Below are positions 1-11,433 of a stretch of 64,000 nt of DNA, piece by piece (position 1 is the first letter of the stretch; each line of letters opens with the position of its first letter). Below the pieces are notes generated by a model. The model was not told the origin of the DNA. It made no database searches and worked only from the letters and a program-made list of their open reading frames with translations. Source of the stretch: Ramazzottius varieornatus (Eukaryota; Animalia; Tardigrada); NCBI GenBank assembly GCA_001949185.1, contig BDGG01000003.1, positions 1,925,663-1,989,662 of the forward strand, given 5' to 3'. The position numbers and the translations under genes are program-made.

Positions 1-985
1 GCCGAACATATTCGTCAATTACGGTGGAGAATACATTCTGCAGTTCAAGTGATTTATGCGTTAAGCTTGAGTATCGCTGAGATAATTGGCCTTTTGTCGG
101 TACTCGGCAGTCACATCCGTGCAAATTACTTGTGATGGACACAAGCGCACATCTCATATCTTCCGCTTGAGCCAACACATTCTGCAGACACATGCTGGGA
201 CAAATTGCGGGATTGTTGTCCGATAATCACTTTGCAGCGAACGAGCGGGGCGTCCATCGAGCTAATCCAGCCGCGAGTCCAGCCTTCAAAAGGTGGACTG
301 CCTTCCCTACCATGGCCGGCTTATTAAACAGGAGAGACCAGCTGCAATACGAGTCTGCCATAACCCATTTACCTTCTTCAGGTATATTACGACACCTCCC
401 TCGGGACCTCGAGTTTCCGTCAGAAGAAAATGGACTGTACGCAATTGGGCAGTGTCAATTAGAGGACACAAACATTTCTTTGGCTAAAGAAGATGATTGA
501 TGCACGGATGGATGGAGCGACCAAATGTCATTGATGAGAAAGAACAGCTTGTCTTACGTCTTTCATGCAAGAAATTACTCCTCAATGCCGTCATCCTCCA
601 CTCTTTTTGGCCGAGTTACTTAGCCCGGCTACTTTGTCAAGCACATTCCACGCTCCGCTAGCAGTAATTCAATGTGGACGTACTCATTTGTCCTCTTGTT
701 GGGCTTTGCGCAAGATGCGCCTAATTTGCCACGACCACGCGCGGAATGTCCACCACATGTTCTACATCCGTACTTTTCCTCAGTGCTGACAGCCGACATG
801 ATTCCGAGGTTGCCTCTCCCAGCTGAAACCGAATTCAAAGTCGTCAATCAGCTTCTGTGGCTGAGCGTCCATCCGCAGTTGTCCGTGGGGGTCGGTGGCA
901 ATCTGAACAACCTGAAAAAAAATCATCTGAAGACAGGAAGGCCCGCTTGCGCTACCTGGCGAACGAAGGTAAAGCCAGAAAACTA

Positions 986-1591
986 CTGTAGTGCTCGCAG
1001 TTTATCGCGCACTCAACCACGTGAACAGTAAATAACGCCCGATCGGGGATTTTAGACGTTGTACTGCTTTATCAACAATCAATGATTGGCCATCGGTTGA
1101 GACAAGTGTTATTCTGAAAAGTCAAAGACAAATTGCTCATTTCCATCTGGAGCGTTTCCGGTATCTGCTCACTTTTCTCCGGTCCTCGCTTGCCCGGAAT
1201 CTTTGCTTTGTGAAGCAAAAACATGAGGTTCCGTGAAGCTTATCAGCTGCTTATGGAACAGGTATCATTCAACTCACCACCAGCTGCGCATGGCTGATTC
1301 CGGAATTCCTGTAAGCTTCGCATGCTTTCTCCTCGATAATCCGCTCTCTTCATAGTTTTTCAAAGCTTTCTCCGCATCCTCACCGCTATAAATATACGGG
1401 TCCTAGCCATGACAATGTTTTCTACCTTCGGATCCAGTGAAAGAAACTGGAATTTGGACCGGATCGTTTTTCAAAATAACTGACGACCCATTAAAGTCAA
1501 TCAACTCACGCCCTTCTGGCAACAGCTGATCTTGCCGGGCAAACCTGACTAATCACGTGGTTGAGTGCGCGATAAACTGCGAGCACTACAG
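986..1591. mobile_element. Non-autonomous Tc1/mariner/pogo-type DNA transposon with 39-bp perfect TIRs and TA target duplication
   Basis: 984-1024 (TACTGTAGTGCTCGCAGTTTATCGCGCACTCAACCACGTGA) is the exact reverse complement of 1553-1593, including the outer TA. The internal minus strand encodes a frameshifted HTH-psq-like stretch (YSGEDAEKALKNYEESGLSRRKHAKLTGIPESAMRSW). Confidence 0.8.
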
Positions 1592-2032
1592 TACGGTATC
1601 CACGATCAAAAAGTCAAAGACGAACTCGCCGAAAGAGAAGATGTATTCGGCAGTTCTTTGCCGTGCTCACTGGAGTGGAACAAGAAGCGCCCTCTGACGA
1701 CTACCCGACTCCGATTACGATACCGACACCGTTTCTGCGGTAGAACAAGACCGTGGCGGCCGTGTAGGAATTTTAGGAATTTTATTAGCCTCGACAATTC
1801 AGTCGACGACCTCCCCGATGTTAAGAGGATCAAAGTCTACTCAGCACGATGATGGAAAAAGTTACAGTAACCAAAACAGAGTCACCCGATTCATCAGGAA
1901 CGAGTATCGTTATAAAGATCGATCATTCAGGTTCAAGACAACAAATAGATCCGTTTGGAGTGCCAGCTAGAGAGGCTAAAGGAGAACTTATAACACACAG
2001 CGAGAAAGTTTGGTTAGCCGTTCGGTTCACAG

Positions 2033-2902
2033 TTATAGACCGAACTTCCAAGGAGTGATGGTGATGTTAAACGACCAGTTCTCGCCTTTCAGGACAAGGT
2101 CCACATCGTTAGCGAAGACTCCGATGCGACCGACCGTGGAAGACTTAGTGTCGTCAGGGCCAACAGAAACTATCCGGACGAAGCGAGGCTTCACTGCGAT
2201 GCCTTGCAGGTAATCTTTTAGTTGTTCAGCGGTTACGTGTCTCGGGACACCCCGAATGGCGAAGTCACGACCCGGCGGCTCCTTGGCTCGCAGCGGGTTG
2301 GCTGTTATACTTTCTTCATCAGCCGTCTTCGTACCTCTACCAACAACGCGGGTTGCTTTTCGCCGGACAGCAGGGTTCTCGGATGGTTGGGATCTCTGCG
2401 CAGCAACGGCAGCAAAGGTTGCAGTGGTGATAGCCTTGACTGGGGAAACTACGGGCGTTGCGGTGGCGGTAGCCTGGGTCATACTGAGGACACTAGCCTT
2501 GGTGGCAGGAGACTCATATGGCGGGACAGGCAGCCGTTGGGGGATATTTTCCAGCAAGGACAATCTTCCCAAGATGGATTCCTGGCTTACCTGTAGAGCT
2601 TTGATGGTCTTCTGAAGCTCCAGCTTGTCTACCTGTAGGGATTCCACGAGGCTCTCCAGGCGGCTGATCTGCTCGGCTTGGTATCGAAGGTGTTCCACGG
2701 GCTTGTACATTTGGATCGGCCATATCCGCTTGAATTCCTCTCGACAATAATGCCCCAATACTTCAGCTATCCCTTCCATGGGCTTGTTGTACAGGTGTGA
2801 TGCGAGCAAGACGACGTCGCCATGAAAAGTCGCCGCATTTAAAACAGGAGGAGTTGTGCACGCGCTGGGTATAACTGCAGCCAATGACTTGCCCGTGCAC
2901 AC
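2033..2902 (-). mobile_element. LINE (non-LTR retrotransposon) ORF1-like remnant
   Basis: Intronless 289-aa ORF with a coiled coil (LESLVESLQVDKLELQKTIKALQ), a T/A/P-rich linker and a C-terminal RRM-like block (FAIRGVPRHVTAEQLKDYL...ENWSFNITITPW), as in CR1/L2/Jockey-group ORF1. No ORF2/RT is recognisable downstream. Confidence 0.6.
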
Positions 2903-3369
2903 GTTGAGTCATCAAATTGAGCTGTGACTCATATAGCCCGTACCACTCATGCGTCTCCCCGATCGAGTCGCGCACCCTGTTGGCTTACGGTTCCTTCTAT
3001 TGCGCCACTGTACCATTACTCACTGCTCTAGTGAACTCGCGCACCGAGAAGGCTTGAGCAGTCTTCAAAGTCCAAAACATTCACCCGTTAACCTGCGTAG
3101 GGCCTCTCGAATTAATTCGACATTGCTGTGAGGGGACCGTTTTAATTAAGAAAAGGGTTATATGTGTGAGAAGAAACTAACCTCGTAAATATTCCGCCAT
3201 CAATAGCACTTCACAGGTGGAACCAGGTTATTTTATAGCAAAATAACGAAAGAAATCCGACTTTGGTGATAGGACAAATTCTAAGATTTTCGAACTGTAC
3301 ACAATATACACGGATGAACTAAAACGGAAAGGCAACAATTTTTCGGTGGTACAACAGAACAAGAGCCAG

Positions 3370-3921
3370 CTAGTAAGAAAATCGAACTTTAGGCTTCCTG
3401 AAATTCGGCGGCAGCTTAGCCTTTCCTCCCTTCTTGCGGTCTCCACTACCAGCCGAGGCTTTCTCACCCTTGTCCTGAGCCATGGCCGAGTCTCCAGTCT
3501 TCTTAGGCAGAAGCGTACGTGCGATGTAGGGCAAGACACCACCCTGAGCGATGGTCACTCCGAACAGAAGCTTGTTCAACTGCAAATTGAACAAGGGGAA
3601 ATATTAGAACAAATCCGGTCAACCGTTAGACCGGGTATATGTTGATTGAACTGAAACTAGCTTACCTCTTCGTCGTTCCGGATGGCGAGCTGCAAATGAC
3701 GGGGAATGATGCGAGACTTCTTGTTGTCGCGAGCAGCGTTTCCAGCCAACTCCAGGACTTCGGCAGCGAGGTACTCCAGGACAGCAGCCAGGTAGGCGGG
3801 AGCGCCAGCAACAACCCGTTCAGCGTAGTTTCTTTTGCGGAGCTTTTCTGGATCGATCAACGGGCAACTGCAGTCCAGCGCGGCTGGATCGGCACTTGCC
3901 TCCTTCTCCGCGTCCACTCAG
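3370..3921 (-). pseudogene. H2A: Histone H2A pseudogene with an intron and an extended basic C-terminal tail
   Basis: [22 protein letters not shown], then a frameshift near 3845, then [59 protein letters not shown], a GT-AG intron at 3665-3580, and [28 protein letters not shown] plus tail. The start position reads CTG instead of ATG. Confidence 0.9.
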
Positions 3922-4422
3922 GATGAACAACGAAATGAGATCACATACCTGAAAGAAAAGAGCAGCAGCAACCGAGAAGAGGAAAAAATTCCAAAAATTT
4001 TGAAACTAAATTTTTCATCTGCCGTTGGCAAGCTGTATGGCACAAAACTCCACGTCACCATGCCGTACATAAATGAAATCAGCTGAATCATATCCAAGTC
4101 GTTCTTGACACTGCGAACAAGTTGGTGATTTATTGATTGGTTGTTGTGATCGAGAATAATACATTTTTTCACAGCGTGGAGCGACTGGCATCCGCTAAGT
4201 CCGAAGACTCACCCAGTCCTCGGCGCGTGAAGCCACCAGTCGGAGAGGACCATGGCGCCGGTGCACCCTTTACACAATATTTCTATATTGAAGTTAAATT
4301 TACTACCTACAGCACCGGCGCCCGGGTGGGACCAGAGAACTCTTGCACTTTGATCGGATCAGAGTGCATGAGTTTTCCAGATCCACCCGAAAGGTAGGGC
4401 TTTCGTCCCCCTTTCCTAGAGC

Positions 4423-6520
4423 TCAGCTTTCGCTGAAATAAAATATAAATATAAAACGCATGATCGCATCGTTAAAGCACCTGTCTCTAACGTTAAAGCA
4501 AAAGGACATTAAACACGCTATGTTCTTCTCAGTCAGCTGACCTCGCCTCGGTCCAAGAAACGTATTCATATAGCTGAAACCTCTTTCTACCTCAACTGAA
4601 TTAACGGTTAACCAGATGTTGAGTAACGCCACCTTTGAGAGGTTCAGAAATTCCACCGTCATTTTCTTCCAGTAACCATCTGAGTCGACGATCTTTGGCT
4701 TGTGATGTTTCGGGTGCTCTTTAATTATCCTGATGTAATCTGCCCACTCATCTGATGTAACATCTTTCACACATTTCAAATGACCTTTCCAACGTTCTAT
4801 ATGTGTATGACTGAGGCCTGGATGCTTGTTCCTGAAGGCGATCGGACTGAAACTCTGAACGGATTCAAGGAAGCTGGCATCAGGGTGGCGAACATTGGAT
4901 CGGTGCTTGTGAGATTCGAAAGTCTCCTCGAAGCCTTCATCAGCGTTGTTCTGAACTCTGAACTCACAGTCGGTTCATCCCTGAAGAGCTCACTCTCAGG
5001 CATGTACTTGGCGTCCTGAGCTTCAACTTTCGCTTGGCTAAATAACTCCTGCATTTTGGTGACGGCCTGAAGAACGAAAGGGGCTGAAGGGAGTTGAACT
5101 TGCACTTGGCAAGTTCTGATTCCAAGGGTACAGCTAACATATCCAGAAGATTCAGCTGAAATTTCACGACTGAAGACTGACGATCTTCTCTTAGGAGGTC
5201 TTTCAAATCTTTCACGCACTGAGCCGTGCTGTCTACCTCGTTGATGAACTCAGTGAAACGATCGAAGTGCTGCAACCAGTATCTTCCGTTCTTGAGCCAG
5301 GTCGACCATCTGCTCGCGACGTAAAACACGGGCCTTGCTCTGAATACTCCCCTGTCTTCGAGAAAAAGGTGCCAAGCCAGTGCACGTTGATCAGAGTTCG
5401 CAAACAGCATCTTGGCCAACGAAAGGAATTTGTTGATCTGTGGCATGGAATCTACAAAGTCTTTGTGGACATTGTTCCACATATGTGCGAAACAAGTCAT
5501 TTAGGTCGCGTTGGGAATAACTTTCCTCAAGTACAGATTGAACGTCCTTCTGTTAGCTGGATGTCCATCGCAGACGAATCAACGCNNNNNNNNNNNNNNN
5601 NNNNNNNNNNNNNNNNNNNNNNNNNNNNNNNNNNNCAACGCAGTTGCTGGGTTCTAACTTATAGTAAGCCATGACGTACTTCATGAGACGAGCTATGTAA
5701 TTCCCATCAATGGACTGTGTTGGAAAATCAAGATCGATGAGCTTTCCCTTGGCTGACCCTTCTAAGATGATGACGGTGAACATGCAGTGCTTGTGGACAA
5801 CCTTTGAAGCATCTACAGCCAAAGTGAACTTCTTGCCTGAAAACAAACATAAGGGGCCGCCAAGATGCAACCATCACGGTTACCTTTGAACCAAAGTTTT
5901 CGGCGTTCTATCTCTTCCTGGGCAAGCTTTGGAATAAAATTTTTTGGCTTTCAGTATGCAGCCGCCGCCTTCCATAAACGTGTGTAGGAAGTCTTGAAAA
6001 TGGTTGCTGATCTCGAAAGCGTGGCCAGGTTTCGCAAGAGAACGAGCCCAGCTTTCGATGATGGTTTGATTGGCCTTCTTTGGACGCATGGACCGCAAGG
6101 GCTCAACCGGATTTTTCTGTCGCTGTGCTACCATTGTCTGATGTTTCTTGGAAGCCTGGTGTCGAAGTATGGTCGCTGGAGATCTGAGAAGCACGAACAT
6201 ATTGCAATGCTCAAAGTAGCCTTTGATTTAGCTGGTGCTGATCGCTCAGGAGACTCCCCTTTCTGCGTTGAGATGTAGTTCGCGATATTCGCGTCATGTT
6301 TGGATGCTTTACAATGCCTCGTGACGGTGTGAGGCTGGAAGTATCCCGTTACTTTGATCGTCTTCCCGCATGGCTTACAGAACAAGTTCTGCTGTCGCGG
6401 CGTCGTATCCAATAAACCTCTGCTGGGATAATTTTCAAGGTACTCACGAGCTTTGCTTCTAGGCTCCTTTTGAGGCGTGTTGTAAGGATCTGATGGCGAG
6501 CCCGTGATACAGTTAATGCG
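4423..6520 (-). mobile_element. Degenerate hAT-superfamily (CGGBP1-related) transposase, fragmented by stops and frameshifts
   Basis: N-terminal Zn finger LFCKPCGK...RHCKASKH plus a second partial finger RHQASKKH; catalytic-type motifs FTLAVDAS and FVCDGH; TCFAH (CxxH); SRWSTWL; C-terminal dimerisation motif NSVEVERGFSYMNTFLGPRRGQLTEKN. The motifs are spread over several frames. Confidence 0.85.
5586..5635. other. Assembly gap (50 N)
   Basis: Run of N. Both flanks carry CAACGC, suggesting the contigs overlap. Confidence 0.99.
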
Positions 6521-6760
6521 CAAATCTAAAACAATATATCTGTCGGAAGAAACTGTGGGTAGTTTCCAAGACCTTACTGTTCGAGGTTCCCAGCAGAAAT
6601 GAGTAAAATTTCCGTCACAGTTCACACACTGGTATGTGCAAGGAGCTGGGTGGCTGGAACCGGTTGCTGAGATTCCTTTTCTTAGGCTGCAAAACATTCG
6701 TGACTGTATGCAACAATACAGAGTCACCAACCACCCGCACATACTGTCCGCCGTACTTTA

Positions 6761-7363
6761 TTAATTATGGTTGCGCTTAAAAGAAGCGTAAACAATATCG
6801 CGGACCATATGAGCAAACAGAATCTTAGGCTTCTGCTCCAAAGGCCCATTTCTCACTTGTTGAAGATGGACACCATCTATACCGGGCTGGAGGCCGGTAA
6901 GATTGGTTTCGTATGAGACGCCTTCCGACCAACTGCTAACGAACACCGTGGACCCACCAATGCGGTTCATCTTGTATAGTAATGGGCGCGCACGGGAGTC
7001 CCCAATTGCAAAAATCTGGTCCCCCGAAGTCCCATGCTCGGCTCTTTTTACGGTCTTGGTCTGACCTTTCGCCGTGACTTCTTGAAGAATGGGGTCAGCT
7101 TCATTCTGGTCTACATAGGGAAGCGTCTTGTAGACCGTATGAGCAACCACATAATGGTCCCCCATCCAATGACCTAACATCGGGATACTGTCGGCCGGAA
7201 GACCAAAGGGCGGAAGGATGGTTTGATGATTCTGCAATCTCATTAGAATTACGTTCTTCAGTAGCCCTTTCGAGCACCTGAAATACAACATACGGGCACG
7301 TCTGCTGAACTTTTGGCCATTGGGAATTTGTCGAAAATTTGCGGCAGTTCCGTTGGCTGACAC
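6761..7363 (-). CDS. Hypothetical protein or pseudogene (about 200 aa, unrecognised)
   Basis: 600-nt open frame with globular-looking composition. The nearest upstream ATG (7463) is in another frame. Confidence 0.35.
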   Translation of the reverse strand: MSANGTAANFRQIPNGQKFSRRARMLYFRCSKGLLKNVILMRLQNHQTILPPFGLPADSIPMLGHWMGDHYVVAHTVYKTLPYVDQNEADPILQEVTAKGQTKTVKRAEHGTSGDQIFAIGDSRARPLLYKMNRIGGSTVFVSSWSEGVSYETNLTGLQPGIDGVHLQQVRNGPLEQKPKILFAHMVRDIVYASFKRNHN

Positions 7364-7628
7364 GACGAATCCCGACCGCCGACTAGGTGTATGGCCAAAA
7401 TTTTCACAGCATTAAGCGCCCCCGACAACATTACCAATACTTACTGCAGGTGGAGTAGCCATCGTAAAATGATCACTGTAGAAAGATACAATAAATAGTT
7501 TTTTTCCCGACTGTTGGTTCGTCAACTGCTACTTTTTTTTCCTATTTGGATGTTGATACTGACGTCACGCTCTGTACCGTATGACCTACCACGACAGGAG
7601 AAACAAATAGAGTTGTATATCACCAAGG

Positions 7629-8245
7629 TAGAGACCTGGGCCGCAGGTCAAAAAGTACGCTGCATCTGCGCTGCGTCCTTTTCTGGTACTCGGCAACTAC
7701 GCTGCGCTGCGTAAATCTGGACCGGAGGGACGGTGCAGCTGCGCTGTACCTTACTGTACGTGCGAGGCAACTGCGCTGCGGTTTCAATAACAAATTTCCT
7801 CCGCTTTCCTGCAGAGAATTGTCAGATAACACGTGATCCTCCATTACAGAGCTCTAATCATTCGGCTAACAAAAGCAGTTCACAGCAAAGTGCGTTGAAG
7901 CTACCTACAGAACTAACTGTGTCAAAGTCCGAAACTTCCGGTCACAGTGACAGCTTATCCACTGAGCCCTTTAAGGTTGGGCGAAGCAATATTTCAAGGA
8001 AAGCTTGCGCGACCAGTCGTTGTTTTATGAAGAAGCAGAATACACCTAGCAAACAAGGGTTGTATAACGGCCGCTAACCGGGAGATCCTTAGTTTGAAAA
8101 TCGAAAACTCTCTTTTCGTATCATTTGCAGCTGCGCTGCCGTAGCTTGTCAGGCGCTGCATACTGCGCTGCGCTGCACACAAAGGTCAAAGTGAATACCG
8201 CAACTGCGCTGCCACGCAGCGCACGCGGCCAGATCCCGGTCTCTA
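7629..8245. mobile_element. hAT-type MITE with 8-bp TSD CACCAAGG
   Basis: Ends TAGAGACCTGG / CCCGGTCTCTA; CACCAAGG at 7621-7628 and 8246-8253; many subterminal CTGCGCTGC repeats at both ends. Confidence 0.92.
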
Positions 8246-8943
8246 CACCAAGGCTTCCGAGAATATTTGATCGTACTGGTCCAAGACTCCTTCGATCGTC
8301 TCTGCGAAAGAAACATATGGGATGAATATTGCAAAGAACCCGAATGTGGAAGCCAGGCGAACAAACTGGACAAGATTTTTTTCCCAAGTGACGCATGCAT
8401 TCAATATTATTACCGCCCGGAAGCGTGCGCCAAGTGGAAAAACGATTTTGTTCCTTCCAACCCAAAATGACCCAAAATGACTTACAAACTGGCAAGGACT
8501 AAATGAACTCCCCCTTTCGAGCTTGATGAAGTGGAATATCCGGGTTCCGTCCGGAAGAGGCTGCCTTGATGTCAAGAAGAGAGAATAGCACAGGCTATCC
8601 GGCGTGGATGGTCAGCTGAAAACAGCCGTCCCGTGGTAAAACGTAACTGGCAGTCGCTCGAGAAGACACGTCAATCTGTTCCGTTCTTAGTGATAACAAG
8701 ATAACGTTTCAGAAGCGCGATGACGAAAGAGGAGAATCTAAGAGGCAAACTACAGTACTGTTGTACGGGAGAAAATCTCCTCGGAAAATTTGAAATTTCC
8801 GGAAAGCAGTAAATTTTTACCGGAAACGAATCAATGTCTCCATGTTGGGACTTCAATCAGCCGAAGAAAACGTACCAACATGATTTACTCGACTCGAACG
8901 ATGAGTGCAAGCGTGGCTCGGCTCTGAGTTCAGCGAGTGTGTG

Positions 8944-9249
8944 TCACGAGGTTTCACTGGCCAATGTGACAAACCACGTGACTTCGTCTTGCGCAAATCC
9001 CATCTGTAGCGTGTTGTATCTTTTCAGGAGCTCATCCTCGGTCCCGACGCAAGATAGCTTCATAAATTTCAGATTTGCTACCAGCTGCTCTTCCGAAGGA
9101 GCAGATAGATTCGCCGCAGCAGATAGATAACGGTTGATTGTTGATTGATCAGAAAAGCACGAAGTTAAATTAATGTTACAAGACGAATGTATGTTGATAA
9201 ACAGAGGGCGTTTCCAGTCGATGACGTCATCCGGTACGTACGTTCGCAA
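8944..9249 (-). CDS. Small ORF or exon with a SAP-domain-like motif
   Basis: SEEQLVANLKFMKLSCVGTEDELLKRY fits the SAP pattern L-x3-L-x4-L-x3-G-x4-L-x2-R. It lies head-to-head with the HP1-like gene; gene structure is unresolved. Confidence 0.4.
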   Translation of the reverse strand: MRTYVPDDVIDWKRPLFINIHSSCNINLTSCFSDQSTINRYLSAAANLSAPSEEQLVANLKFMKLSCVGTEDELLKRYNTLQMGFAQDEVTWFVTLASETS

Positions 9250-9351
9250 CCACCATTGAACGCGTTTTCTCCCGTTTTATTATCGAGAAGATTTTCCGTC
9301 TTTGGTCATCGAAATCTTTAAAGAGGTTGTTTAGATACGATCGCTTCGTTT

Positions 9352-11433
9352 ATGGATTTCGCTAGGAGCATCTTTTCTTTCTTATCGCCCACTAAACATC
9401 CCGATATATATCGCCCGGCAGCGACGGGAGGTGCGCCAGTCTGGAAGGACTACTACCACAGCTCGGACGACGAATCTATCAATCAAGCGCCCCCTATCAT
9501 CGCTATGCCGAAGACGGGACATTCGTCGCCTGTATTCGCTCCTCCGAAGAAGGATCCTTCCTGGTGGAAGGATGTGGAAGGCCTTGGTACTAACCGCTCC
9601 AAGCGAAGCTATCCGAATCTCGCTTTGGATGCCAACGATGTCCAGGAGATCTTGGAGATGCGAACCGACGGGAAGGTTGACCAGTTCCTGGTCAAATGGA
9701 AACGTCCTCAGGAGGATGGCGAATTAACTTCGTGGGTTAATCGGGGTGACATAAGGCTCAACAAAGTCCTCGCGAACTCGTTCATGCAGGAACAGGAGAA
9801 TCGCGCCATTCAGGAATCCAGAGACATCGCTCAGGCGACGGACCGTTCGTACTTCCAACGAGCACATCGAAGAACGCATCTACCAGAAGCGAAAAATAAC
9901 AAGAGGCCCGGTAAAATCGTGGCGTCATTTGTTTACGTCAGATTTGTGTTAATATGCGCGTGCTTCGTGGTATATTTATGACGTCATGCGCGAGCGGATA
10001 TGTGTGTTATCGATTCCATTGTCTGTTTTCTTACAGTGATCTTACCCGTGAGCGATGTGGCCGATGTGTACGCCTTTGCTTCTTCCGCGGACGAAGCTGA
10101 CAACTCGTTCAAGAAAGAGAAGGGTTTAGGAACTCGACGCCAACCAGCCAAGGAGAATCTCAACTCAAGTCTGGCTAACTACACCGAAGAATGCCGTCGT
10201 CGGAAGCTAAAGAAAGAAAGGAACAAGGCCCAGGCTATTAGAGTCGCCACCCGCCAGACCTCTACCCCGATTCAGATTGATGACGGTTCGTCAGACGACG
10301 ATGTCGTGGAAGATGCTATCGACGATTCAGCCAAGAATCAGTCTCCTTCACTCACCTCTCCTGTCAAAAGAATGAAGATGTCCTCGTCACCGTCCAACTC
10401 TAACAGTAGCGGGCAACGCAAGTCCACTCGAAAGCCTACCGTCCAGGACAAGAAAGTGCCGATACCTGCCCCACGAAAGGGGAAGAGCAATGGATCAACT
10501 GGCTTCCAGACTAACTTGGACCCGTTTCTTCAAGGTAAATCAACTTCCGGTTCAGTTGTTGCCTGAACGACCTGCTATAGCATCTAATTGTCGCTTGTAT
10601 GGTAGGCCGCAGCAAGCAAAATGTTTTTTGAAAATTGACAGTGTGCACGAGGAAGTTGAAAGTGGGCGGGTGTCTTGCTGTGCGCACCTAAGATTGTCCT
10701 ACTAATCAGCGTGCTGGTTTTTGAGTTTCCTGGTTTTATATTTCCAGATTCTTCCTCGTTAAGTCGCAAAGCCGAGCACGTTCTGGATCGTTTCAAAAAA
10801 CCGTCCCGACTCTCCGAGAAACATTCAGCCACTCAAGCACAGACCTTCGACCTGACAAAGGACGACGATGAAGAGGATGCCTTCAAGGTGGACCATGGCG
10901 AGGTAGACCTTCTCGATCCGGTCGTAGGCTCAGTTGAGGAAGTCGAAACATACAAGTTGAGTGACAGTGTGAGAGAAGTGTCGGTAGAGCCAGCGACGGA
11001 AGCTGAAGTCAAGCCTGAACAGAACAACTACCTGGTTTACGTCATGGATAACAAGACACGTCCACCGGGTTTCCAGGATGGGCAGCAAGTAGTCGAGAAG
11101 GTTTGTGCGTTCGGTACTACTCTGTACCCTGTCGGTAGTATGTTCTTCGTGCAGTACAAAGATGAAGAGCACCCGAGGTGCTTGACGAAGAAGCAGTTGC
11201 TCGAGTGGCAACCGAACTACAAAGACCGAGTTGAGATGTATCTGGAGGCGGTACGCGAGGCGCATCCTGGTTTGGAGATGGCTAAAGACGAAGACTCGAT
11301 TGAACAAAAGCAGCAATCAGGAGTAGAGCAAGATGAAGATGAGAGTGAAGAATGGGAAGAGGTTCCGTCAGCAGAGGGATCCGGGAAGAAAGAAAAGAAT
11401 AGTTCGGTGTTGGATTATTCGGTTTTAGCGTGA
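9352..11433 (+). CDS. Divergent HP1-like protein: chromodomain, long hinge, chromo-shadow-like domain; about 580 aa; exons 9352-9910, 10037-10534, 10748-11433
   Basis: Chromodomain DVQEILEMRTDGKVDQFLVKWKRP...TSWVNRGDI; shadow-like PPGFQDGQQVVEKVCAF...SMFFVQYKDEEHPRCLTKKQLLEWQP. GT-AG introns keep the frame (1743 nt, divisible by 3). Confidence 0.75.

Noticed and set aside
4254-4322. GGCGCCGGTGC / GCACCGGCGCC inverted pair as the hAT element terminus
   Set aside because: No matching TIR or 8-bp TSD was found on the other side of the transposase.
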